A stretch of DNA of 34,116 nt, from positions 1 to 34,116 of the forward strand of contig DASRGZ010000058.1 of the NCBI GenBank assembly GCA_035650735.1, read 5' to 3'. This DNA comes from Chthonomonadaceae bacterium (GTDB lineage Bacteria; Armatimonadota; Chthonomonadetes; Chthonomonadales; Chthonomonadaceae). The notes under the pieces were generated by a model. That model worked only from the letters and a program-made list of their open reading frames with translations. It was not told where the DNA came from and made no database searches. The position numbers and the translations under genes are program-made. This document shows, piece after piece, positions 1 through 8,289 of the stretch. How positions within the stretch are numbered: the first letter of the stretch is position 1; each line of letters begins with the position of its first letter.

Positions 1-174
1 GGTGGCCAGGCCGATCTGCTTGAGGTTGGAGGTGCAGCTAATGGCGCGGGCCTTCTCGCGGGCCTGGGCGAAAACGGGGAAGAGAATGGCGGCCAGGATG
101 GCGATAATGGCGATGACCACGAGCAATTCGATCAGAGTGAACGCAGATCTAGGCGTTGTTGGACGGCTGATCAT
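1..174 (-). CDS. Prepilin-type N-terminal cleavage/methylation domain protein (DUF1559-like); runs off the left edge of the window
   Basis: Hand translation from ATG 174: [68 protein letters not shown] upstream. Missing from the ORF track. Confidence 0.9.
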   Translation of the reverse strand, partial: MISRPTTPRSAFTLIELLVVIAIIAILAAILFPVFAQAREKARAISCTSNLKQIGLAT

Positions 175-259
175 CTGAGTCTCCTTTCTGACGTTACACG
201 GCGTTGTGCAAATCCGGCTCTTGAGAACGCCAATCCTTCTGACAGGCCAGCTTAGCACA

Positions 260-288
260 AGACTAACACAGTTAGGTTGCATTGTCAA
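260..288 (-). promoter_or_regulatory. Sigma70-type promoter for the prepilin-like gene
   Basis: Minus strand TTGACA-N17-TAGTCT; a CTAAC-aca-GTTAG palindrome overlaps the spacer and -10 (possible operator). Confidence 0.55.
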
Positions 289-504
289 GAGGTAGCGCCC
301 TGATAGTCCGCCTGGACGCGCTTGATTCGAGGCAATAGGGAAAAAGCGCTGTGCGATGGCCTGATGATCTTGAGCCGCTATAGGTCGGAATAAATGCGCA
401 GGAGGCGCGCTTGCGGCAGGCGAATTAACAGAACAGTATAGAGGCAGCAGAAAGCAACACTACGGCGCGCTGTCCGCCCGCCGCCTGGCGCAAGGAGGAG
501 CCCG

Positions 505-1770
505 ATGCCCGAAATCAATCCCCAAGAGCCGCTCTCCAGCGAGAGCCGCCTGATCACGGCGGTGCATGAGATTACCCGTGAGCTCTCCTCCACCCTAGAT
601 CTAGATGAGGGATTGCGGCGTACGCTGGAGGTCGCCATGCAGGCGGTAGACGCGACAGGCGGAGCGATCTGGCTGCACGATCCCAAAAATCGTCAGCTTG
701 TCTGCCGTCATGCAGTGGGGGGAAAAGCGGAAGCGCTACGCAACTTTGTCATGGCGGATAACAAGGGCAACGCCGGACAGGTCTACCAAACGGGCCAGCC
801 GGAGCTCGTCAACGATGCCGCATCGGATCCCCACCATGCGCGCGACATAGATGAGTGGCTGAAATATCAAACGCGCAACCTGGTCACCTCGCCCATCCGC
901 TACGCCGGCGGCCAGATTATCGGGGTTATTCAACTGATCAACAAACGCTCCGGCGATTTTATACCCGAAGACTTGCTGGTGCTCAATATTGTCGGCAGCG
1001 TGGCGGCAATGAGCATCCAAAAGATGGACCTGGCTCAGGAGGCTAAGAAGGTCGCCGCGCTTCACTACGTCGGCCACTTTGCCCACGACATCAAGAACGA
1101 TGCGATGGCTGTCGTCGGCGGCGTACCCACTCTGGAGCTTCTGCTGGAGGATCTGCGCCAGCGCTGCAATGCCCCCGCCAACGCGAGTTTGATTGCCAAT
1201 ATCCAGGACATCGTCCACGATATGGATATCTATGGCCATAAGATTCGCCGCACGACCGAGTTTCTTGCCGACTCCATCAAGGGCCGGCCCATCAAGCTAG
1301 AGATTGCCCCCAACGATCTAACTCAAGTCGCCGACGGCATCTTGAAGAAGTTTATCAGCGCCGCCGGCAGGGCTGAGGTCCGGTTGGAGGGCCAGTTTGA
1401 CGGCCCGGTGATTTGTCCCTTCGATAGCCTCCTGATTGAGAGCGCGATCTATAACCTGATCAACAATGCGCTGCCGGAGACGCCGCGCGGGGGGACGGTG
1501 CGGGTGCGCGTCTGGCAAGCCGACGGCGAAGCGGTCGTGGAGGTAGCCGATACGGGGCGGGGCATGCCGCCCTATATCCTACAAAGCATCCTTTCCGGGG
1601 AAGCTATCAGCACCAAGCCGGGCGGCACGGGATTGGGGACGGCCATCGTCAAGCGCGTGGCGGAACTCCATCACGGGCGCTTCGAAGGCGAGAGCACAGA
1701 GGGCGTAGGAACAACGTTCCGCATTCGATTGCCCCTCCAGCAGCCCGGCGAGACGCCAACGCCGGGGTAG
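505..1770 (+). CDS. Cytoplasmic GAF-domain sensor histidine kinase
   Basis: GAF region (..IQLINKRSGDFIPEDL), H-box HDIKN, N-box NLINNA, DTGRG, GTGLG; RBS AAGGAGG. Confidence 0.9.
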   Translation: MPEINPQEPLSSESRLITAVHEITRELSSTLDLDEGLRRTLEVAMQAVDATGGAIWLHDPKNRQLVCRHAVGGKAEALRNFVMADNKGNAGQVYQTGQPELVNDAASDPHHARDIDEWLKYQTRNLVTSPIRYAGGQIIGVIQLINKRSGDFIPEDLLVLNIVGSVAAMSIQKMDLAQEAKKVAALHYVGHFAHDIKNDAMAVVGGVPTLELLLEDLRQRCNAPANASLIANIQDIVHDMDIYGHKIRRTTEFLADSIKGRPIKLEIAPNDLTQVADGILKKFISAAGRAEVRLEGQFDGPVICPFDSLLIESAIYNLINNALPETPRGGTVRVRVWQADGEAVVEVADTGRGMPPYILQSILSGEAISTKPGGTGLGTAIVKRVAELHHGRFEGESTEGVGTTFRIRLPLQQPGETPTPG

Positions 1771-1856
1771 GAGCGCTGCGATCCGGTCGGGAAAGAGGCA
1801 TGGTGTTGCCCTGTTTTCTAGCCGGCAGCGGATTCGACACTCCTTCTAGGCTGAGC

Positions 1857-1886
1857 TTGTCGCCAACGGTGGATGCGTGCTATAAT
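1857..1886 (+). promoter_or_regulatory. Sigma70 promoter with extended -10 for aroF-tyrA
   Basis: TTGTCG-N18-TATAAT with TGn immediately before TATAAT (1881-1886). Confidence 0.6.
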
Positions 1887-1931
1887 AGTCGGCACATTCT
1901 GGCGCATGGCTGTTAGTGAAGGAGAACGGGT

Positions 1932-2954
1932 GTGATTATTATTCTGGAGCCGAGCGCAACGGAGGCGCAGCAGGAGGAGTTGCTGGCCGACCTAAAGGCG
2001 CGAGGCTACGGCATACATCTGTCGGTGGGCGTGGAGCGCACCATTGTCGGCGTGATCGGCACGCCGGAGCGGGACAAAGAGGGGCTGGTCGAGCATTTTG
2101 AGGCGCTGCCTTATGTCGAGCGCGTCGTGCCCATCCTCAAGCCCTACAAGATCGTCGGCAAGCCCTTTAAACCGGAAGGAACGGTTATCCACGTGCGGGG
2201 CGTGCAGATCGGCGGCGGCAAGCTGTGTGTGATGGCCGGGCCGTGCACGGTAGAGTCGCCGGAGATGTTGTTCGAGACGGCCAGGTTCGTCAGGGCGCAG
2301 GGCGCGCACGTCCTGCGCGGCGGCGCGTTCAAGCCCAGCACCTCGCCCTACTCGTTCCATGGCATGGGCGAGGCGGGCCTCAAGCTTCTGGCCGAGGCAC
2401 GGGAGATGACGGGGCTGCCCATCATCACGGAGGTGATGGATACGCGCGACGTGGAGCTGGTCGGCAAATACACCGACATCTTCCAGATCGGTACGCGCAA
2501 CATGACCAACTTCTCGCTGCTTCGGGAGGTAGGTACCGCGCGCAAGCCCGTCATGCTCAAGCGCGGCTGGGCCAGCACCATCGAGGAGTGGCTGCAAGCG
2601 GCGGAGTATATCGCCAGCCAGGGCAACTACGAGATTATCCTCTGCGAGCGGGGCATCCGCACCTTTGAGACCTACACGCGCAACACCTTCGACATCAACG
2701 CGATCCCGGCCATCAAGGAACTGTCGCACCTGCCCATCTTCGCCGACCCCTCCCATGCGACCGGCAAGCGCAGCCTGGTCAACGCGGTGAGCCGGGGCGC
2801 GGTGGCCACGGGCGCGGACGGCCTGATCATCGAGACGCATCCCAACCCGGAAAAGGCGGTCAAGGACGGGCCGCAATCGCTGACGTTCGCGCAATTCGGC
2901 CAGTTGATGCAAGAGATCAAGCCCATCGCGCAGGCTGTTGGAAAGACGCTGTGA
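1932..2954 (+). CDS. aroF: DAHP synthase, class I-beta, with N-terminal ferredoxin-like regulatory domain
   Basis: Motifs AGPC, LRGGAFKP, FQIGTRNM, LKRG, LCERGIRTFE, DPSHATG, HPNP..A..DG; GTG start with AAGGAG RBS. Confidence 0.95.
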   Translation: MIIILEPSATEAQQEELLADLKARGYGIHLSVGVERTIVGVIGTPERDKEGLVEHFEALPYVERVVPILKPYKIVGKPFKPEGTVIHVRGVQIGGGKLCVMAGPCTVESPEMLFETARFVRAQGAHVLRGGAFKPSTSPYSFHGMGEAGLKLLAEAREMTGLPIITEVMDTRDVELVGKYTDIFQIGTRNMTNFSLLREVGTARKPVMLKRGWASTIEEWLQAAEYIASQGNYEIILCERGIRTFETYTRNTFDINAIPAIKELSHLPIFADPSHATGKRSLVNAVSRGAVATGADGLIIETHPNPEKAVKDGPQSLTFAQFGQLMQEIKPIAQAVGKTL

Positions 2955-3880
2955 CCGCTGCCCCTTCCGAGCCGCCCTCGCCCCCATGCTGGCCTCCCTT
3001 TGAGTGCGTGGCCATCATTGGCGTCGGGCTGATGGGCGGCTCGCTGGGCCTGGCGCTGCGGGCGCGTGGGCTGGCGCGGCGCGTCGTCGGCGTGGATCGG
3101 CACGCGGACACATTGGTCGTGGCGGAAGCGCGGGGTGCCATTGATGCGGGCGAAACGGATCTGGCGGCTGCGGTGCGCGCCGCCGATTGCGTTGCCGTGG
3201 CTGCGCCCGTCGGGGCGATACCGGCGCTGCTGGAGGCGCTGTCCCCCCACGTGCGCCCGGAGGCGCTGATCACCGATCTGGGCAGCACGAAGGCGCGTAT
3301 CGCGGAGACGGGCACTCGGCTGTTCGGACCGCGCTTTGTCGGCGGGCACCCGATGGCCGGTTCTGAGTCGAGCGGAATCCAGGCGGCACAGCCCCATCTC
3401 TTCGTCGGGGCGGCCTGGGCCATCGTGCGCCCGGAGCCGTTCGCGCTGGAGGCAGACCCGCCCGCGGCACGCCTGGCGGCGCTGATCGCCGCGCTCGGCG
3501 CGCGCCCGATTCCGCTGGACGCCGTGCAACATGATCGCCTCGTCGCCCTGATCAGCCACCTCCCGCACGTTCTGTCCTTCGCCTTTGCGCGCACGGTTGA
3601 GGCGGACGCAGCGGCGGAGCAGGCGCTGGAGTTGGCGGGCGGCAGCTATCGTGACCTGATCCGCGTTGCCGGCGCCGATCCTGCCCTCTGGCGCGATATC
3701 TTCCTGGAGAACCGCGCCGCCCTGCTCGACGCCCTCGCCGCCTTCGAGACCCACCTTCACGCTCTCAAGCAGGCCATCCGCTCCGCCGAACCTGATACCC
3801 TGCTCACTGCGCTAACCAATTCCGGAAACTCAGATACAATCCGGCCCGAAAAGGGCAGGCTTAGAACCCTGGAACCCTAG
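2951..3880 (+). CDS. tyrA: Prephenate/arogenate dehydrogenase
   Basis: GVGLMGGS Rossmann motif, TDLGSTK, FVGGHPMAGSE, HD..VA.ISHLPH; GTGA overlap with aroF. Confidence 0.92.
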   Translation: MTAAPSEPPSPPCWPPFECVAIIGVGLMGGSLGLALRARGLARRVVGVDRHADTLVVAEARGAIDAGETDLAAAVRAADCVAVAAPVGAIPALLEALSPHVRPEALITDLGSTKARIAETGTRLFGPRFVGGHPMAGSESSGIQAAQPHLFVGAAWAIVRPEPFALEADPPAARLAALIAALGARPIPLDAVQHDRLVALISHLPHVLSFAFARTVEADAAAEQALELAGGSYRDLIRVAGADPALWRDIFLENRAALLDALAAFETHLHALKQAIRSAEPDTLLTALTNSGNSDTIRPEKGRLRTLEP

Positions 3881-3975
3881 CAGCCTGGCACCCTGGAGGC
3901 GGAAACTCGGATATTGTCCGACCCGAAAGGAGCGGAGGCGCAACGTTGCGCCGCAGCAAAGGGAGGGAAAACGCC

Positions 3976-4800
3976 ATGACGACCTTGATCGTTCCGGCCC
4001 ACTATTATCAACAGTTCGACGCCGATTTTAACCGGGATGTGCTGGCGGAGGGCTATGGCGGCTGGAAGCAGGCGGAGATTGAGCTTTCCCGGAAACATAC
4101 TGCCGTCGTGGTGATGCACGCCTGGGACACGGGGACGCGGGAAATCTATCCGGGCTGGCATCGCGCCGTCGAATACTTTCCCCGCGCGGATCATATCCTG
4201 AAAACGGTTTTCCCCCGGCTGCTGGGAGCGGTGCGCGCCTCCGAGCTGAAGCTGTTCCATGTGGTGAGCGGCGGCAACTCCTATAAGGAGTATCCGGGTT
4301 ACAAGCGGGCGGTCGCGCTAGCCGGCCCGGAGCCGGAGCCGCCGGAACAGATACCAGCCGACCCGACCCTGGAGCGCCTGCGCCACTTCCGAGCCGAGCA
4401 TGTCTTCGTCGGGACGCACAACGAGGCGGACGTCCGACGCGGCTTTGAGAATCTAGATTTCCCGCCGGAGGCCCGGCCGCAGGGAGACGAGGGCATTGCC
4501 GAGAACGGCCACCAGCTCTTTGCGCTCTGCAAAGAGGCCGGCGTAAACCATCTGATCTACGCCGGCTTTGCTATCAACTGGTGCCTGCTGCTGTCGCCGG
4601 GAGGCATGGCGGATATGCAGCGGCGGGGCCTAATGTGCTCCGCCTTCCGCCAGGCCGTGACCGCCGTGGAGAACAAAGAGACGGCCCGCCAGGAGCTTTG
4701 CAAGGAGATCGGCCTCTGGCGCGTGGCGCTGGCGTTCGGCTTCGTCTTCGACGCGGATGCGTTTATCGCGGCATTGAAGACCTCACCCCAGCCTGCGTAG
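3976..4800 (+). CDS. Isochorismatase-like cysteine hydrolase family protein
   Basis: TAVVVMHAWD and LIYAGFAINWC motifs; ATG 3976 with GGGAGG RBS. Confidence 0.6.
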   Translation: MTTLIVPAHYYQQFDADFNRDVLAEGYGGWKQAEIELSRKHTAVVVMHAWDTGTREIYPGWHRAVEYFPRADHILKTVFPRLLGAVRASELKLFHVVSGGNSYKEYPGYKRAVALAGPEPEPPEQIPADPTLERLRHFRAEHVFVGTHNEADVRRGFENLDFPPEARPQGDEGIAENGHQLFALCKEAGVNHLIYAGFAINWCLLLSPGGMADMQRRGLMCSAFRQAVTAVENKETARQELCKEIGLWRVALAFGFVFDADAFIAALKTSPQPA

Positions 4801-4814
4801 GGAGAGGGGAGAGA

Positions 4815-4855
4815 CCTCACCCCCTTCCCCTCTCCTTCACAAGGAGAGGGGAGAG
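4815..4855 (+). repeat. REP-like palindrome family 1 (CTCACCCC..CCCTCTCC..GGAGAGGGG), copy 1
   Basis: Hairpin TCCCCTCTCCTT-cac-AAGGAGAGGGGA; related copies at 6261-6304 and 12245-12284. Confidence 0.75.
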
Positions 4856-4899
4856 CAGAAGCTGGGGGGTGCCTCTGCCTGCGTAGGCAGATCATTCCC

Positions 4900-5013
4900 G
4901 CCCACGCAGGTGGGCGAAGGGCCTGGCTAGGCGGAGGCGCGAGCGAGCGCAGCGCCGACCCTTGCAGCGCCCCACAGCGGCAGGGTTTAGCCTGCCGGGC
5001 CGGGGGGTTAGGT
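4900..5013 (-). repeat. Dispersed structured intergenic element, copy 1
   Basis: Reverse complement aligns to 33959-34114 (GGCAGGCTAAACCCTGCCGCTGTGGGG ... CTCCGCCTAGCCAGGCCC ... GCCCACCT(G/A)CGTGGGC). Confidence 0.85.
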
Positions 5014-5024
5014 AAACGGAGAAG

Positions 5025-6089
5025 TCAGGCGCAGCTGGCTCCGTCATCCACGCGCACGATGTAGGGCAGGCCGCCCTCGCGCCGCATGGCTTCCGCAACG
5101 GCCTCTTCACAGCCAGGCGCATAGGCGAACAGACAGCCCCCGCCGCCCGACCCGTTGACCTTGCCGCCCTGCGCCCCCACCGCCATGGCCGCCGAAAGCA
5201 TCCGCTCGATCTTGTCGGTGGAGAGATCCAGGCCGTCGCGCAACTGGGCATGGTGTTCGGTGAGCAGGCGGCCTAACGAGCGCGTATCGCCGGCCAGCAG
5301 CGCGGCGCGCGCCTGTCGGGTCAGATCCCGGTTGACCAGGTTGGCGCGGAGACGCCGCGCGGGATTGGGGGGCAGATGCGGCAGGTGCTCGTCGGCCTCC
5401 GCCAGAGGCGTTGCCGCCAGGTCGAACGAAGGCAGCCGCTCGCGCAGCAGCGTCATACCCTCCGTCACCTCGCGGCGGCAGCGCGCCAGCGTCTCAATCG
5501 TTGCTTTGGGCTGGAGCGAGTGGCCCAGGACGATGCCGGTCAGCGGCAGCGACCAGCGCTCGGCGGCAAAGGGCGGGCGCGTATCAATCCAGAGCACGCC
5601 GCCGAGGGCCGCGCAGTAGTGATCCATCATGCCGCCCGGTTCGCCGAACTCGGCCACCTCGGTCTGATACCCCCAGCGGGCCAGGTCTTCGGGCGTGAAG
5701 GCGCGGCGCGGCGTGCCGGTCTCCAGCAAAAAGCGCAGCCACATGATCACCATCGCTGAGGAACTGCTCACGCCCGCGTTGATGGGAATCTCGCCGCGCA
5801 TGACAATGTGATAGCCCTGCGGCCAGGTCAACCCTTCGCGGCGCAGGACATTGACGGCGGAGCGCAGATAGTCGCGCTTATGGGCATACGTCTGCTCTGT
5901 GTTGGGGTCTATCTCGACGCGCTCCTGAATGTCGGGCATCTCCACCACAAAGCGCCGGTCGGGGTGGGGGGTCGCCTCCACGCCGATGCGCAGGTTGATC
6001 GCCGCGGCGATGACCGGCAGGCCGAGGTAGTCCTGGTGTTCACCGAACAGGCAGATGCGGCCCGGCGCGCTGACTCGTAGGGTATCTAT
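5025..6089 (-). CDS. Galactokinase-like GHMP kinase; probable ATA start at 6089
   Basis: In-frame extension upstream of the track start gives IDTLRVSAPGRICLFGEHQDY (galactokinase N-terminal motif); PINAGVSSSSA, GGMMD and GSGGGG also present. Confidence 0.85.
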   Translation of the reverse strand: MDTLRVSAPGRICLFGEHQDYLGLPVIAAAINLRIGVEATPHPDRRFVVEMPDIQERVEIDPNTEQTYAHKRDYLRSAVNVLRREGLTWPQGYHIVMRGEIPINAGVSSSSAMVIMWLRFLLETGTPRRAFTPEDLARWGYQTEVAEFGEPGGMMDHYCAALGGVLWIDTRPPFAAERWSLPLTGIVLGHSLQPKATIETLARCRREVTEGMTLLRERLPSFDLAATPLAEADEHLPHLPPNPARRLRANLVNRDLTRQARAALLAGDTRSLGRLLTEHHAQLRDGLDLSTDKIERMLSAAMAVGAQGGKVNGSGGGGCLFAYAPGCEEAVAEAMRREGGLPYIVRVDDGASCA

Positions 6090-6201
6090 GGCCGTGTCTC
6101 CTTGATTTAGAATGGGTGGGGGACGCCTGGGCGTGCGTCTGCGGTATTATTACACGCAGGGGCCTGCGCTTCCCTGCATGACCAGAAGCCTGCCGTTTTA
6201 G

Positions 6202-6357
6202 GTAGCGGGCGAATGAATTCGCGGCAACCAAGGCACAAAACCCGCCTGCGCGGGTTCGTTTCTCCCCTCTCCCGGCGCTGCGGGAGAGGGGCCGGGGATG
6301 AGGGCAGTCGCCGTAGGGCGACTTTGTGCCTTGGTTGCTTCGGCTTTAGCCGCCCGG
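6202..6357. repeat. Nested REP-like palindromic cluster
   Basis: Perfect 16-bp inverted repeat GCAACCAAGGCACAAA (6224-6239)/TTTGTGCCTTGGTTGC (6323-6338) enclosing hairpins AACCCGC..GCGGGTT, a family-1 REP (6261-6304) and AGTCGCC..GGCGACT. Confidence 0.7.
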
Positions 6358-6385
6358 AAAGAAAACGCCATCGAAAGGAGATCGT

Positions 6386-6952
6386 ATGCCGCTACCTGCC
6401 CCGTATCGCATTCGCGTCTATCGCCCGGAGGATCTGCCCCGCCTGCAGGACATCACCGCCGACACCTTCGGCCCGGTCTCCATTGACAACAACATGGAGC
6501 GGCGTTTCGGGCCGTTCGGGCAGGGCGATTGGAGGACACGCAAGCGCGCCGCCATCGCCGAGGACTGCCGCTTACAGCCGGATGGCGTGTTCGTCGTCGA
6601 GGACGAGAGCGGAACCGTGGTCGGCTATGTGACGACACGCCTCAGCCCGACGAGCGGCATCGGATGGATCCCCAACCTGGCAGTAGATCCGGCCCACCAG
6701 GGCAAGGGCCTCGGGCGTGCCCTGTTGGAGCACGCGCTGGAGTTCTTCCGCGCGCGCGGCATGGAGATCGCCAGAATCGAGACGCTGGAGCAGAACCCTA
6801 TCGGCCAGTCCCTCTATCCCAGCCTGGGCTTCGCGGAGGTCGCTCGCCAGATCCACTATGCCATGCGCCTGAATAGGGATGCAGACAGCGGTGGCGAAAC
6901 GGAGGGCTGTCTAAATTCATCCCCGAATCCTGAACAAAAAGAAGTCTTTTAG
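6386..6952 (+). CDS. GNAT family N-acetyltransferase
   Basis: LAVDPAHQGKGLG acetyl-CoA motif, LYPSLGF; RBS AAGGAG. Confidence 0.9.
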   Translation: MPLPAPYRIRVYRPEDLPRLQDITADTFGPVSIDNNMERRFGPFGQGDWRTRKRAAIAEDCRLQPDGVFVVEDESGTVVGYVTTRLSPTSGIGWIPNLAVDPAHQGKGLGRALLEHALEFFRARGMEIARIETLEQNPIGQSLYPSLGFAEVARQIHYAMRLNRDADSGGETEGCLNSSPNPEQKEVF

Positions 6953-6990
6953 AAATCCTTTCGGTGCGCCAGAACGCTAAGAAACTCACC

Positions 6991-8076
6991 TTAATTGAGC
7001 CAGAAGCTGATCACCTCGGGGGCATGGGGAGGGTCTGGCTGGGTCAGGTACTCCCCGTGGGCCACGATTCCGGGCCTGCCGCCCACCAGAGTCTCCTGCC
7101 AGTAGTGGCCCTGAGCAAACACGGTCATGCCATAGGCAATCGTAGTCTGTTTGATTCGCTCCGGCATGGCGTACTTGACCCAGGCCTGGTAGGGCGTCAA
7201 CAGGTTGATGTCCCGGCCATCCATATCCTCGGGAACCGGCACGCCGGGCGCCTCGCTATAGCCCGGCCAGACCTGTCCCGACACCAGGGCCGTTGCCGCC
7301 CGGTGCGAGGGACTGACCAGGAGTTGCGCTCCCTTCTGCTGCAGGGTCTGGTAGGTCTGAGGATACCAGCTATCGGCACAGATGGCCACCCCGAGCTTGC
7401 CTTTGGGCGTGGAAAAGACGGGCAAGTCCTCAAGCGCGCCTCCGGCGATGCCCAGAAACTCGGCTTCTTCCTGAATGGGATAGACCTTTTTCACCAGTTC
7501 TGGATAGAGTTGTCCATTGGGCTGGAAGACGGCACAGACGTTGGAGATAGGGCCGGCGACGTCGCATACGAACTGGTCGCCTTGAATAGAGGGCGCCGGC
7601 AAAAAGAGCGAGCCAGCTACCAGGGTGACTTCGTAGCGCTGCGCCAGCCGGGAGAAGACCTGCTGGTAAATCTGGGCCGCTAGAGGCGCTTTGAACTCCA
7701 TGAGCTTGCTGCGGACCAGCCCGGCAAGCTGGCGCTGTTGCTCTGGCGGTAGGCGGGCAGGATCGGCCGGGAGCGGCATCCCGTGAGCCTGGACGATCCG
7801 GTAGGCGGCCTCCCAGAAGGGTTGGGGCGCATAGACCTCCCGTCCCTCCTGGGCTGTTAGCAGATACGTACCGGTCAGTTCGGGAAAAAGGACAATGGTT
7901 TCGGGCCCAATCCAGCCTTTCTGCCTGGCCAGGGCCAGATGGGTCTCTAGTTTCTGAGAGAGGGTCTCCGCAGAACGGTAGTCTTGCAGAGTCAGATACG
8001 GCTGGATGCCAAGCAGATTGCCTTGGCCAGAATTGCTGCCATATTCGTGGGTGGTTTGGGGGCTTGTGTCCATCAT
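6991..8076 (-). CDS. Carbon-nitrogen hydrolase (nitrilase superfamily)
   Basis: Catalytic triad context VLFPE / KKVYP / AICADSWY. Confidence 0.85.
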   Translation of the reverse strand: MMDTSPQTTHEYGSNSGQGNLLGIQPYLTLQDYRSAETLSQKLETHLALARQKGWIGPETIVLFPELTGTYLLTAQEGREVYAPQPFWEAAYRIVQAHGMPLPADPARLPPEQQRQLAGLVRSKLMEFKAPLAAQIYQQVFSRLAQRYEVTLVAGSLFLPAPSIQGDQFVCDVAGPISNVCAVFQPNGQLYPELVKKVYPIQEEAEFLGIAGGALEDLPVFSTPKGKLGVAICADSWYPQTYQTLQQKGAQLLVSPSHRAATALVSGQVWPGYSEAPGVPVPEDMDGRDINLLTPYQAWVKYAMPERIKQTTIAYGMTVFAQGHYWQETLVGGRPGIVAHGEYLTQPDPPHAPEVISFWLN

Positions 8077-8115
8077 CGTGTCATCCAGGGAGAAGCGTTA
8101 AAGAGCAGCCGGGCC

Positions 8116-8214
8116 TTTTTTCAAGGTCGCAGGGACCGCTCTCAACACGAAGTTTCGGGTCGTCCCCAGCAGGAAGCTGGCGATTTTTTCAAGGTCGCAG
8201 GGACCGCTCTCAAC
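8116..8214. repeat. Two identical 31-bp direct repeats separated by a 37-bp spacer (CRISPR-like geometry)
   Basis: TTTTTTCAAGGTCGCAGGGACCGCTCTCAAC at 8116-8146 and 8184-8214. The repeat is certain; CRISPR identity is not. Confidence 0.85.
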
Positions 8215-8289
8215 CCCTATACATCGCTTAACCTCATTAAAAGCCCGCGTGCGTAACAGGAGAGGCCCGGCCCTTGAGGGCCGGACTTT

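Noticed and set aside
3855..3900. Short (A)ACCCTGG tandem units at the end of tyrA
   Set aside because: Few, degenerate units with no further structure.
6900..6965. Possible degenerate IS/MITE end (GAGGGCTGTCTAAA..TTTAGAAATCCTTTC) at the GNAT 3' end
   Set aside because: The inverted match is weak and there is no target duplication.
8116..8214. Bona fide CRISPR array
   Set aside because: Only two repeats, no cas genes and no clear leader; kept as a repeat and an open question.
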